Assembly (NCBI GenBank): GCA_035221665.1
Contig: CM069137.1
Location: 54,250,001-54,314,000, forward strand
Direction: 5' to 3'
Length of the DNA: 64,000 nucleotides
Source: Okamejei kenojei
Lineage: Eukaryota
Shown: positions 13,399 to 24,688 of the stretch, piece by piece
Numbering within the stretch: position 1 is the first letter of the stretch
Layout of the letters: every line of letters starts with the position of its first letter
Notes under the pieces: model-generated
The model's input: the letters and a program-made list of their open reading frames with translations, nothing else
What the model was told of the DNA's origin: nothing
Database searches by the model: none
Made by a program: the position numbers and the translations under genes

Positions 13399-14096
13399 GT
13401 AAGAGGATATTATGGATTGAACTATTGGGAAAATAAGATGGAAGAATCATGTGTGTAAGCTCTAAACAAGTCAACACAACACAACACAATGATTTTGCAT
13501 GAAAGATGCCAGCAGAGAGGTTACCAGAACTGTGCAGTTTGAGAAGTGTTGCACCCATGATGTTTCTAAAGGAACCTGGAGTGCCAGGGAGTTGTGTCAT
13601 GGCTATTGCAGAATAAAGATGCAGACTGGAATCCCATTCCCATTTGTTCTCATCACCCATTCAGTCAGAGGTCATGGTTTATACTACTTCTCAAATTCCG
13701 TTGCACTGGTGGGTATGCGTGTATGCTTAAAGGTCCTTCCCTTAAGCAGATTTACTTGCTGTGGATAACCATTCATCAGTCAGATTGTTATCAGGCAAGC
13801 TGTCTGGTGTATCAGTGCAATGTTGATCTGTTCCACATGTTTGGCTACCCACAATATATACCTATCTATGCCTTTAAAATTACCAACTCATGTTCTACCA
13901 CAGAAAGCTTAATTAGTTTATTAAAACAGGGAACATGATCTAGAATGAACATTGAGGATGGCTTGATTGTAATCATGTATAGTTTTTTTCCGCTGACAGA
14001 ATAGCACACAACAAAAAAGCTTTTCATCCGCAACAATAAACTAAACTAAACTTTCTTGAAAGCCTATATTGTACAGACTGATAAATATAAATCAAT

Positions 14097-14316
14097 TGGC
14101 CCGTCGTTCGGGAGAGTCAATGCGAGGTCCTGCTGGTGTCGGCGCATGGCAACCAGGGTGGATCTTAGTGCCCGGTTGGAGAATTGTACAGTGTGGCGGC
14201 AGATGGCCCGTCGTTTCGGGAGAGTCAATGCGAGGTCCTGCTGGTGTCGGCGCATGGCAACCAGGGTGGATCTTAGTTCGGGAGAGTCAATGCGAGGTCC
14301 TGCTGGTGTCGGCGCA
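14097..14316. repeat. GC/CpG-rich tandem triplication inserted in intron 3
   Basis: Three near-identical copies of TTCGGGAGAGTCAATGCGAGGTCCTGCTGGTGTCGGCGCA, two of them extended by TGGCAACCAGGGTGGATCTTAG. Confidence 0.9.
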
Positions 14317-15215
14317 CAATATAATCAATTGTCTGCCCACTCTTTAAATTCATTAATATAATTATATTTAAAATATTCTTTATTAAAGAGCTGAATCATA
14401 CCAGAATCTTGATTTTCTTCTCTTTTTGTGAAAACAGGTTCGGTTTACTCGGCATAATATATTTTTGCACTTTGAAGCCCAAATTTTGCCTCTGTTTTCT
14501 GGATTATCAATGCTCCTTTGCAGCCAAACTTCTCAAAGATTAAATAATAAATCTGATATTACCAAAATGTTAGGATTTGATGGAATTGCATAAGATAACT
14601 GTCAAATTACCCTCTCAGACCTTTCAGCATGAGGTCCTTTAAGTAAACGGTTCATGTTGATCGTCTTAAAGTTAAACATTGTTTTAAATCATTGGCTATT
14701 GGGCATAGAATTCTTGAACATAGACATTGCTTTGCATTGTGAAGGAGCAAAGATGGATGCCTGCTCCGCCTTTGCTCCTTGGTTGCCTCAACTCTTGATG
14801 CCACTGAACAATAATAATGTCACATCAGGGAGTCTGCAGATACATGTTTTGCTGTTTGTAAAGTAATGGTTATTAGTGGTAGAAGTGAACCATTTTCTAA
14901 TGGCTGTGAAGAACATTTGTGGAAGGTGACCCTAATCCTTATCTGCATTATGGTGGAACATCTCGCTTACACCCCCATCCCCCTCCCTCTCTGAATGAAT
15001 AGACTGTCATTAACTATTCCAATTTCTTTCCAGTAGACGGTTAAAATAACTACTGCAAATGTCTGCTATATAGCAAGTTGAAGGTTGCTTTTGTTTATTA
15101 ACCTCTGACGGTTAAAGGGATTGCAGAGATCCAAAGAGTCAGGCTACTCTGCATTTTCCCTGCAGGATAGAAGAGAGTTGACAATATAAGTACTGTGGCA
15201 TCTCTTTCCCTTTAG

Positions 15216-15375
15216 TGGCTCTCATCACCGAGAGAACAAGTACATGATCGTAGTAACAGACGGACATCCAATCGAAGGGTACAAAGAACCATGCGGAGGA
15301 TTGGAGAGTGCCGCAACCGATGCAAAGAACCAGGGCATAAAGATCTTTCCTGTTGCTATATCTCCAGATGAACAA
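15216..15375 (+). CDS. col6a1: COL6A1 exon 4 (N1 VWA)
   Basis: ctttag| [53 protein letters not shown] |gtatgt; 160 nt. Confidence 0.96.
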
Positions 15376-17526
15376 GTATGTCTACAATCACTCTGAACTG
15401 TCCTGTTCTGGTTTTTTTTTTCATGTATTTACACCAGAGAAACATGCCATTCAGCATCTGAAGGATTCAGCATCAGCAGTGTTTAATTCTGTCCAAGTCA
15501 ATTCCCGCCCTTCTCCACCTCACTCCTCAGCAGTCCTCCCATTCCTTTCACCCCCATGTGTTCGCTAGTCATCCATGTTAGGTTGCAATGCTCCCTGTCT
15601 TGAAGAAAACAGTGAGCACAAAAATTTGAAGGAGATGCAAGCTAAGGGTAACCTGAATGACAAGATACAATAATCTTGTATTTGTGGCATGGGATGCAAC
15701 TACTAACTTCTACAAATTCCGCTCAATTGAAGTGGAGACACTCAGCCTTGCCAGAAAATTGTCACTAAAACTAATATACAGCTGATTTTTTTAAAAACTA
15801 TCGCCCCTCCTCCACTCCACCCTTTCTGATCTATTCGTGGCTCAATTCTCATCCCTGTTGTTGTCCCGAGTTGACCTTTCACCATTTCTGTTACTCTGAG
15901 AAACCAAAGAAGTCGGAGTAACGAGGATAAACCAAAATACTCTTCTAAAACTCTGATATCCTCAACATTGGAGCCAAGGTGAAAGGCTCATGTCTGAAGT
16001 AAGAAATTCTCACGGTGCGATTGAATACATACATACATACTCTTAACAGATACTTTTAGCATTGGAGGATATGTTGGATGGGTTGAAAATTGCTGAATTT
16101 TTGTCCTTGGAAAGATACAATACAGGAACAGACCCTTCAGCCAGGTGTGTCTACACCAGTATCAACCACCCATTTTACACTAATCGTACAATAATCCCAT
16201 ATTTTATTCTCCCCATGCACATTCATTCCTCCCAGAATGGGTGCGAGGATGAGAATGTGGGTGGGTGGGCAGTGAAGAGCTGGATCCTGGCTAGGATTGG
16301 GAGCTCCATGGTTAGGAATGTGGGAGAATGCGCAAGGGCTAAAGGAAGAGGCAGTGGGATATATTTGGAGCTAGGGTGGGAGGTGGAAGAAACTCAATGT
16401 TAAGGGATTCAGGAATAGAGGGGAATTAAGGTGCATGGTGGAAGGGTATGTGAAGGAGCACGGATGGAGGGAAGGTGTGCGCGTGCGGGTGTGCGTGCGG
16501 GTGTGTTGTTATTAGCATACTTTGTTGTATGGTAACAATATTACTCGTCATTTGTTTATTTGCACTGACACCTTATCAATTCCATTTCCTTTTCTTCATT
16601 TCATTTCATTTTATATTGTTCTATTGCATAAGTAGCATTTGTATTAGTTGCACAAGATAGCTACTCATAACATGCTCCAGTTCCTGGCCCCAGATTCTGA
16701 GCCACAAATGGTGTTCATGTTCGCTATCATTGATTACACACCTTGCAATACAGTACAATGATTTAGGTGTTGCAATGGAAAGACAACCCACCATACATCA
16801 CTGCAGGAAGGCCCCGTAGAAAATAAGGCATTGTCTGGAATGCACCACTGATTTGAAAACTTAATCCAGCAGCAGGAATTAATATTAGCTAAAGCTTTTT
16901 GAAATCTTAGATTTTAGAAGGAAGAGTGAAGAAGAAAATGCGGCAAGAAGCTCTTGGGAAGTTTTGAGCAGGAACAAGGAGTAGGGAAATTAATTTCACT
17001 TTTACTTGGGAAGGTAATCAAGAAGGAAAAATTGTAACCCAGAGAAGCGTCAAAAGAAAAAAGAAAGACTGGACAAGATTCAATGGTGTGCTGTGTATGT
17101 GATATTATCCCCCTATTTCGGTACTTGAGTAGCTTGATGCATAATAAGAAGGGAACGGATCTATCCTGTGGCTCTCTGACACACTTTGGTGTGGGCTTTA
17201 GAATGGAGTGTAGGAAACACTCTGCAGCTCAGGTAGTCTCAATGGAGGGAGAAAAACAAGGGAGCATCACATATGACAAAGGAAGCAGAAGCAGAAGCAC
17301 CATTTGCCGCATCTTAGGATGGGGGGAGGGGGAAGGGGAGGGGTGAGGCATGTGTTCAAGCTATTCCAGCGGTGAAGCATGGACCATAAACAATGTTACA
17401 TTGAAGAGTAATGAGAGTTGGATGGAGAGGAACCAAGTTACTTAAATATGTTAAAATGATGAATGTTTTTCAGTGTTTTCTCCTGGAGCTTTGGTCTGAA
17501 TTTTTCCAAATTTAATATTGCTTTAG

Positions 17527-17637
17527 GCAACAAGGTTGAAGCATATTGCCTCTGACAGATATCGTCAGAATTACACAGCAACTAGTCTCATAGATGCTGA
17601 TGTGAACGAAACAATCAACCACATTCTTCAAACAATT
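17527..17637 (+). CDS. col6a1: COL6A1 exon 5
   Basis: ctttag| ATRLKHIASDRYRQNYTATSLIDADVNETINHILQTI |gtgagt; 111 nt; resembles human EPRLSIIATDHTYRRNFTA. Confidence 0.9.
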
Positions 17638-17879
17638 GTGAGTATCCCTGCTGTAAAATCTGTGGAAATGCATTGCAAATACTTGTTTCAATACGTACTC
17701 TCCTTGTGAAGATTGCATGAGAAATATTTCGATAGCAGTTCTTTTCCATGATTAAGAATTAAGTTAAGAATTACAAAATAATTAGATTTAGAGTCAAGTG
17801 AAAAATATGGAATTGAGATTTGGTGACATTCCCAAGCGAGCCTAATCACAGTACACGTCCTCTTGTTTCATAAAGGTGA

Positions 17880-17913
<34 letters not shown>

Positions 17914-17914
17914 T
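17880..17914. repeat. (AAT)n microsatellite
   Basis: About 11 ATA units. Confidence 0.95.
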
Positions 17915-18219
17915 ATTTTATTGTCATTACACACAAGTGCAACGATATTTGGTTTGCAACTCCATCCAAAGATGCACCATATGAATTGGTAACACTTCCT
18001 AAACACATTCACCAGTTCATAATGGCGAGAGATGATAACCTGGTCACAGTAAACCACCTGCATTAAAATAGAATGGTTTATAAACACGTTGAGCTTCCAC
18101 ACTCGACTGCAGCTAATAATTTCTACCCTTTTTAAATATGTTGGGAATGTAACAGGGTACCATCCATTCACTCTTTCCAATATCATGGCAGCAACTACAT
18201 TCCATTATTAAATATTTTC

Positions 18220-18700
18220 AACAAGGTAGACAAAAATGCTGGAGAAACTTAGCGGGTGAGGCAGCATCTATGGAGCGAAGGATAGATGATGTTTTGGGTC
18301 GAGACCCTTCTTCAGACTGATGTGAGGGCGAGAAGAAGAAAGGAAGAGGCAGAGGCAGTGGGCTGTGGGAGAGCTGGGAAGGGGAGGGGAAGGAGGGGAA
18401 GGAGGGGAAAAGCAAGGACTACCTAAAATTGGAGAAGTCAATGTTCATAACACTGGGGTGTAAACTACCCAAGCAAAATATGAGGTGCTGCTCCTCCAAT
18501 TTGCGGTGGGACTTGCTCTGGCCATGGAGGAGGCCCAGGACAGAAAGGTCGGATTCGGAATGGGAGGGGGAGTCGAAGTGCTGAGCCACCGGGAGATCAG
18601 GTTGGTTAATGCGAACTATACGGAGGTGTTGGGCGAAGTGATCGCCAAGCCTGCGCTTGGTCTCACCGATGTAGAGCAGTTGATATCTAGAGCAGCGAAT
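18220..18700 (-). mobile_element. Penelope-like element 3' end: GIY-YIG endonuclease fragment + pLTR
   Basis: Minus 18700-18419 is open: IRCSRYQLLYIGETKRRLGDHFAQHLRIVRINQPDLPVAQHFDSPSHSESDLSVLGLLHGQSKSHRKLEEQHLIFCLGSLHPSVMNIDFSNFR* (YIGET..R..H, E and N motifs of PLE GIY-YIG). It is followed by a pyrimidine tract and a CTGAAGAAGGGTCTCGACCC pLTR segment. Confidence 0.88.
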
Positions 18701-18833
18701 GTCACAAATATTTGATCATTTTGATTTTCTGGTTTATGACTGATCATTACCATCACATTGTATCAATATAAAATGAAATGATAATTTGATCAACATGCAA
18801 ACGGTTCTAATCATTTCTCTTTCTTCCTTACAG

Positions 18834-18854
18834 CGCGATGAAGTGGAGCCTGTG
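18834..18854 (+). CDS. col6a1: COL6A1 exon 6 (21-nt micro-exon)
   Basis: ttacag| RDEVEPV |gtatgt; corresponds to human KNNVEQV. Confidence 0.85.
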
Positions 18855-18964
18855 GTATGTTGCATCACAAAAACTTTGCTTTTAACTTTTAAGAATGGAT
18901 TTATTAACTTGCACATGTGTGCTGGACATTAACACTTTATGTTTTGTTCCTTTTTGATTTGTAG

Positions 18965-18985
18965 TGTTGCTCCTTTGAGTGTCAG
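18965..18985 (+). CDS. col6a1: COL6A1 exon 7 (21-nt micro-exon)
   Basis: ttgtag| CCSFECQ |gtaagg; same peptide as human. Confidence 0.93.
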
Positions 18986-19093
18986 GTAAGGTACCTTCAA
19001 AAGATGCTTCTGTGTGATACCAACAATTAGTTTCCTATCATGTTGCTTTAAAGGAACCTACTCATGAGATGACATGTGATTTCTGTCTTGCAG

Positions 19094-19138
19094 CCACTGA
19101 CAGGATTAGTTGGAATTCCTGGTATCCCTGGAGAATGG
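19094..19138 (+). CDS. col6a1: COL6A1 exon 8 (start of triple helix)
   Basis: ttgcag| PLTGLVGIPGIPGEW |gttagt; 45 nt. Confidence 0.9.
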
Positions 19139-20304
19139 GTTAGTGTCCATGACTTTGCTATCTGCATGCTGGATTGAGGGATTGTGTGCCGGTTGTGACA
19201 ATCACAGTTTTGGTAATATCACTCCCTTTGGTGACAATCACATACTGGCAATATCGCACCTACCCATTTTTTTCCATGGCTAATAGATTTGCATTTCCTG
19301 TTTATAGATGTTTTCAGGACAAAACTTGGAGGGAGTGCAGCAATTGGAGATATCTGGTTCAGTAGTTTCCAAACCTTTATGAATAAAACCCCACGTTTGC
19401 ATTTGGCCTCTCCCACCATAAATCCAACATTGTCAAAGGATTCAGAAGGACAAGCCAAGAGGCCTGCTGAGAAAATGTTGATAGAATAAACTGTGCCCTG
19501 TGAAAAGGATAGTTGATCACCAGAGCACTGGGGATAATGTGTTTTCTTTTTGCATAATGTGATTCATGATCTAAAATGCACTGCTTGAAAGAGTTGAACA
19601 AGCAGATTTAGTAATAACCATTGTAGGGAATCTGATAGACCAAGGCCACAGAGACAGAGTAGGGGGGTAAGAAAGCTAAATAGAATAATAAAATTAAGTT
19701 TCAGTACTATGTACAAGACCCATAAACCCAGGATACAAGATGCCATAGAAAGGGCTCACTGCCGGATCTGGTAACTGGCACAGCATTAGGATACATGTTA
19801 ATTGTACTTCTTCAATGTTAGTGACACTATTTATTTGGACACATCAAGTACATGGTTCTGGAGGCAGACCATCTGGATGGCACTCCCAAACAGCCAGCTC
19901 AGGCACAATGGGTCAAATAGTCTCCTTGGCAGTATGGTAACAATAATGGTGGCACATCACCAGCACCCATCAGGAGTCATTTTGTGGCTGGTTTTCTCAA
20001 ACCTGCTTGCTGCCAATTGTAACTCCAACTTCACATCCAAGGGGTCGGGCTGAACAGAGTGCTTCAATAAACATTGATTGCAACAAATCTGCAGGTGTAA
20101 AGGTTCGTGAAACCCAATTGTTTCCGTACATTGGAACCAATTCCAACCAAACCTTACTGTGATGAAGGCATCCCTATTTCCTTGACATTGTATAGACATT
20201 GATGTGGGCTCTTCAGTTATTAACTCAGTAAATGTACATACCCTGCTCAGAGTGTACAACAGGTATTGTGGATTGTAAGCTAAAACCACTTTTGTTTTCC
20301 AAAG

Positions 20305-20358
20305 GGTTCAGATGGACGTCAGGGTCCCCACGGCGCGATGGGACCACCAGGTTCTCCA
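20305..20358 (+). CDS. col6a1: COL6A1 exon 9 (Gly-X-Y)
   Basis: ccaaag| GSDGRQGPHGAMGPPGSP |gtaagt; 54 nt. Confidence 0.92.
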
Positions 20359-20530
20359 GTAAGTACAAAAGCTAACAGTTTCTCTTGACCAATGCTTGTA
20401 AATGCTACATTAGCAGTTGCTGCAAAAAATGGCCTTCTCTTAATACTATCCTTTATGTAGACTTGATTCCAGTCAGACTTTCCATCATCTGCGGAGGGTG
20501 AAACAGAATGAGCATTTCCAGTTAGTGACC

Positions 20531-20632
20531 AGTTCTGATGAAAGGTCTTCAGACTGAAACGTTAGCTCTGTATGTCTGTCCTGAGATGCTGCCTGGTCCA
20601 TTGTGTATATCCAGCATTTTCTGTGTTATTTC
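20531..20632 (+). mobile_element. Penelope-derived short element with minimal hammerhead ribozyme motif
   Basis: AGTT-CTGATGA-AA-GGTC-TTCA-GACT-GAAAC-GTT-AGCT, followed by the GATGCTGCCTG...CCAGCATTTT tail shared with the 18220-18700 Penelope pLTR. Confidence 0.65.
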
Positions 20633-20779
20633 TGTTAAACACTGATGTCAAGCTATAATTTATTCATCTCTAATCATTCTGTACACCAGTCATATTGAAC
20701 TTTCTTGAGCAGTATATCAAACCATTCTCCTGCATATTAGATCCACTAACCCTATAGCTTGTTATTTACCCAATCTATA

Positions 20780-21030
20780 TAGTTTAAAGATACAGCGCGG
20801 AAACATGCCCTTCGGCCCACCAAGTCCGCGTCAACCAGTGATCACCCTATCTTACACTAGGGACATTTTACAATTTTCTCAAAGCTAATTAACCTACAAA
20901 CCTATATATTATTTGGAGTATGGGAAGGAGCCAGAGCACCCGGAGAAAACCTATGAGGTCACAGGGAGAATGTACAAATACAATACAGACAGCACCCGTA
21001 GTTAGGATGAACCCGGGTCTCTGTCTCTAA
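20780..21030 (-). mobile_element. HE1/V-SINE-like SINE
   Basis: GATACAGCGCGGAAACATGCCCTTCGGCCCAC...AATTAACCTACAAACC...GACAGCACCCGTAGT, the reverse complement of the 6695-6980 family. Confidence 0.8.
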
Positions 21031-22094
21031 GCACTGGAATATACATGCTCATAAGTGACACCTACTGTTATCTACACTTCCTGTGCCATACAATCTGTCC
21101 TATACAATACTGATCTGTCCATTCTCTACCATACTGACATGTTACCATGTGCAATGTCTCCAACAACCTCAATTGTCAAAATCTATTGATCTCACAGATC
21201 ATTGACATTTATCAATCCTATACAAACCAATATCTGGTCATTCTTTACAGTGCTATCTTGTAATTACCATATCACATGGATAGAGTCAGTGTTTCACGGA
21301 GAGAAATTGGCCTTTCAACCCAACCCATCCATGCCGCTCAAGATGCCCCATCTAAGCTCTCCCCATTTGCCAGCATTTGGTCCTTATCCCTCTCGACCTT
21401 TCCTATCCATGTACCTGTCAAAATGTCTTTTAATGTTGTTATTGTATCTGTGTCAAGTATTTCCTTTGGTTACCAATATCTAAGCATTTTCTTTGGCAGC
21501 ACTAATACCTGCCATGTAGTTTGCTGTTGGTCTTCCCAAAATAACTATTTGACTTGTAGAGTACTAATGTTCAATTATCCATACAAAATTGATACATAGC
21601 ATCCTGTGTGATATGACATCCAACCTTCATGGTGAATTGTACATACAATAGAGTCATAAACATGCCCTTCAGTCCAACTTGTCAATGCCAACCAAGTTGC
21701 CTCATCTACACTAGTTCCACTTGCCCGCAATTGGCCCATGTCCATCTGAACCTTTCCCATCCATGTACCCGTCACATATTTTGTGAAGCACTGGTATTTA
21801 ATCTCCCATTTCAATATCTGTATCAATACTGTACAATTTAATATCAACATAAGCTATGCAACACAAATATTGACCCATGTTCTGTGGAGTCCTGATAACT
21901 CTTCACGGAGCATGTATTGATGTCTATCTATGGAGTCCAGGTCAGTACTGGTATTTACCCATCCCACCCAGACACATTAACTGTCCCATGGAGTATGAAG
22001 TACACACAACCTCTGCAATAAATATAACCTGCCCCAGACAATGCTGATTAAATGTATTCCCTCATCATTGACAATCTTTTCTTCTTTCTTGCAG

Positions 22095-22139
22095 GGCATG
22101 ATTGGTGAAGTTGGACCAGCTGGTCACCCGGGTATGAAG
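22095..22139 (+). CDS. col6a1: COL6A1 exon 10 (Gly-X-Y)
   Basis: ttgcag| GMIGEVGPAGHPGMK |gtattc; 45 nt. Confidence 0.92.
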
Positions 22140-22242
22140 GTATTCATCTGCACAGCAGTCACTAGCACCATTTAATCTCTGCTTTCAATGCACAGTGCCT
22201 GAATCTTCACTGAGCTAACAATCTCTTCTTTTTTGACAACAG

Positions 22243-22269
22243 GGTGACAAGGGAAACCGTGGCATTAAG
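22243..22269 (+). CDS. col6a1: COL6A1 exon 11 (Gly-X-Y)
   Basis: caacag| GDKGNRGIK |gtaagg; 27 nt. Confidence 0.92.
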
Positions 22270-24494
22270 GTAAGGTTGGCCGTGAATTTTTGGATCAAAT
22301 TTATGCTGAATTCTATCTTTTATTACTGTTCTATTGATTAGGTTTAATGCTATCATTGAAGAACATATTCCACACAGATGAGCTAATCCCGTTTGTATCA
22401 ACATTAATTCACATGTGGACAAATACACAAGATTTTTAAGAGGAAATTTAGTAAATGTGCCAAAATGATCAAGTATTTTGATATGGTTTGTGGGGAAAAA
22501 TGTTACCAATGACAGGAAGATCAATAACAGAGTTAAGACAGTTAACTGGTGAGCCAGGGTGATGAGTATTGTTACCTGGAGTGCATTCCCTGAAGGAGTG
22601 AATGGAATAAATTCAATCACAACTTTCAAATGGAAATGGAACTATAGTAATTGCAGTAACTGAACAGACCTTTCAAAGAGTCAATGGAAACACTTTAGTG
22701 AATTCACCTTAGATTTTCTCTTTGCAGGCAGTGTCCAAACTTTGTGCCTTGATGTGCTATGTGAGCCAGTGCTCCCACATATTCCTGGGGTCATCCATCC
22801 AAATCCCTGTGCATGCTGTGGTGTCAGGGATGATGTTGGGCTCAGCAATGAGCACCTGACACATGCAGTAAGATGAACTCGCATGATATTTTATTTACAG
22901 TGGTAAGAAAGCCCAGGACATGGGGCTGCATGTTCAGTAATACCGACAATTGTGGGCTTGTCCCCAGTAGCTTAGTCTGGGTCTTCGAAGGAGGAGGTGT
23001 GGTAAGCACAGGCCACTCCCTGCAATACACCCTTGCACCCTTGCGCTGGCAGTCTCAGGTTTATCCTGGTAGCTCAGGTTTGGGCTTGGAGATGTAGCAC
23101 TGGCGGTTTCTAGGTTATCCTGGTGGCTCAGTCTTTGCCTCTGTGTATATGTGCAGTCCAATGTGGTCCTTGGGCAGGAAGAGGCACTTCAATAGAGGTG
23201 CTGGTTGTCTAAGGCCTCTTCCCGGCAGCCCAATCTTCATCACGTGGTAGTGCTGGTGGTCTCGGGTTTGGACCAATGGCTCAGTCTTCCTCAAAGTGGC
23301 AACCGATGAACATAGCTCGAGCAAGCTGGATCCCCACTTTCTCCTCCTTCCTTCTCCCCTCTGGAGAGAATGCCGGAGGTTTTCAAGGGAGTAAGCTAAT
23401 TGTTCAGGTAGCCAAATCAATATTGGCTAATTGGACCCCACTGTTACCAATGATGTGGGGGATGGGCCTCTTCTGGTCTGTCAGCCAGTGACAGGGATCA
23501 GAGCAACATTCAAGGAAGAGGGCGCTGTCACAGTGCTTACTTCTAATTTTGCTCTGTTATAATTCAAACTAGCTCAAACATGGTAGATAATGTAAGAGTG
23601 AAGGGAAGCCACAGCTGGATCAAAGTGGAACCAAGGGGTTAAATGTCAATTCCTTCACTGCTTGCTGTCTGTTGATGTCATTATGATGCTTGGAGCACAA
23701 GCACTGGATAGCTGGTTCTTGTCAATTACACATGTTGCTCTACATTACACATGTTGCTCGGGGGTGCGACTCTTTTCTGTCGTATTCCCCGTCTTCGTCT
23801 CCATCTGTGCCGAGGCCCAATGGCGGAGCTGGCGGTCTCGGAGCTGTGGCAGCGTTCCATTGGCAGTGGCGATCCGACTCGGCCCCTGGAGCTGTGGCAG
23901 CAATAAATAAATAAATTCAATTCACATGTCCCCACAGTTCCTCTTCACCTTCTCAGGATACCAACGACAATAGAGGTGTCCCCACAGCCACTCGAGATGA
24001 CCAAAGATCACGAGCATTTGAAGAGGGGTGCGATGTGGCAGAGAAGAAGTGGCAGGAATGGGTGGCCTTTGAGCAATGTCCCATCATGCATCATTCTTTG
24101 GGCCTGTTTTGTTGGTTTCAAGTTTATTGTAGTCAGAAAGGGAAGTGGGTGAAGTGGTATTGGCAGTGGAGCAATGGTCATCCATCACCAGGGTGAGGGA
24201 TTCAGTATCACCAAGAAATGGAAATCTACTATCACCACGTTAGTATCCAGTTACCGGGAGAAAGGAATCTACCATCAGCACATCAGGAGGATCCAATCCC
24301 AGCAAGGGAACTGGTCAGTATTAGGACAATCCAGTAACACCAAGAATGGGATCTAGTGTCACCTCAACCCAATGGCAAGCAAACTTTCCTACTCCATATG
24401 ATCCAATTGAAGTCTGGTTGAAGGAATGAAATGAGAGTTGCTGAACCAATTACAGAAGCATGTACTCGCTAAACCTGTGTCTTTTCTTCTCCAG

Positions 24495-24521
24495 GGTGAC
24501 AGAGGATTCAAAGGAAGCAAG
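24495..24521 (+). CDS. col6a1: COL6A1 exon 12 (Gly-X-Y)
   Basis: ctccag| GDRGFKGSK |gttaga; 27 nt. Confidence 0.92.
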
Positions 24522-24643
24522 GTTAGAACACTTTTGAATCTTTTCACGTCTTTCAAGTGTTATTTGTGCAAGTAAAAGCAAAGCATTAGAAAATCACGTG
24601 TGCTTTCCTGTTCTAACTGTTCTGTTCTCTCTGGCGGCTTTAG

Positions 24644-24688
24644 GGATCAAAAGGGTATCCTGGAAAAGATGGATTGGATGGCAAAAAG
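24644..24688 (+). CDS. col6a1: COL6A1 exon 13 (Gly-X-Y)
   Basis: ctttag| GSKGYPGKDGLDGKK |gtaaga; 45 nt. Confidence 0.93.

Noticed and set aside
14097-14316. CRISPR-like array or repetitive protein ORFs (14056-14361 and others)
   Set aside because: Eukaryotic intron, no unique spacers and no cas genes. The ORFs are by-products of a GC-rich tandem duplication.
22680-23500. GC-richer stretch with several short ORFs in intron 11
   Set aside because: Possibly an old retroelement remnant, but I could not identify convincing motifs, so it is not called.
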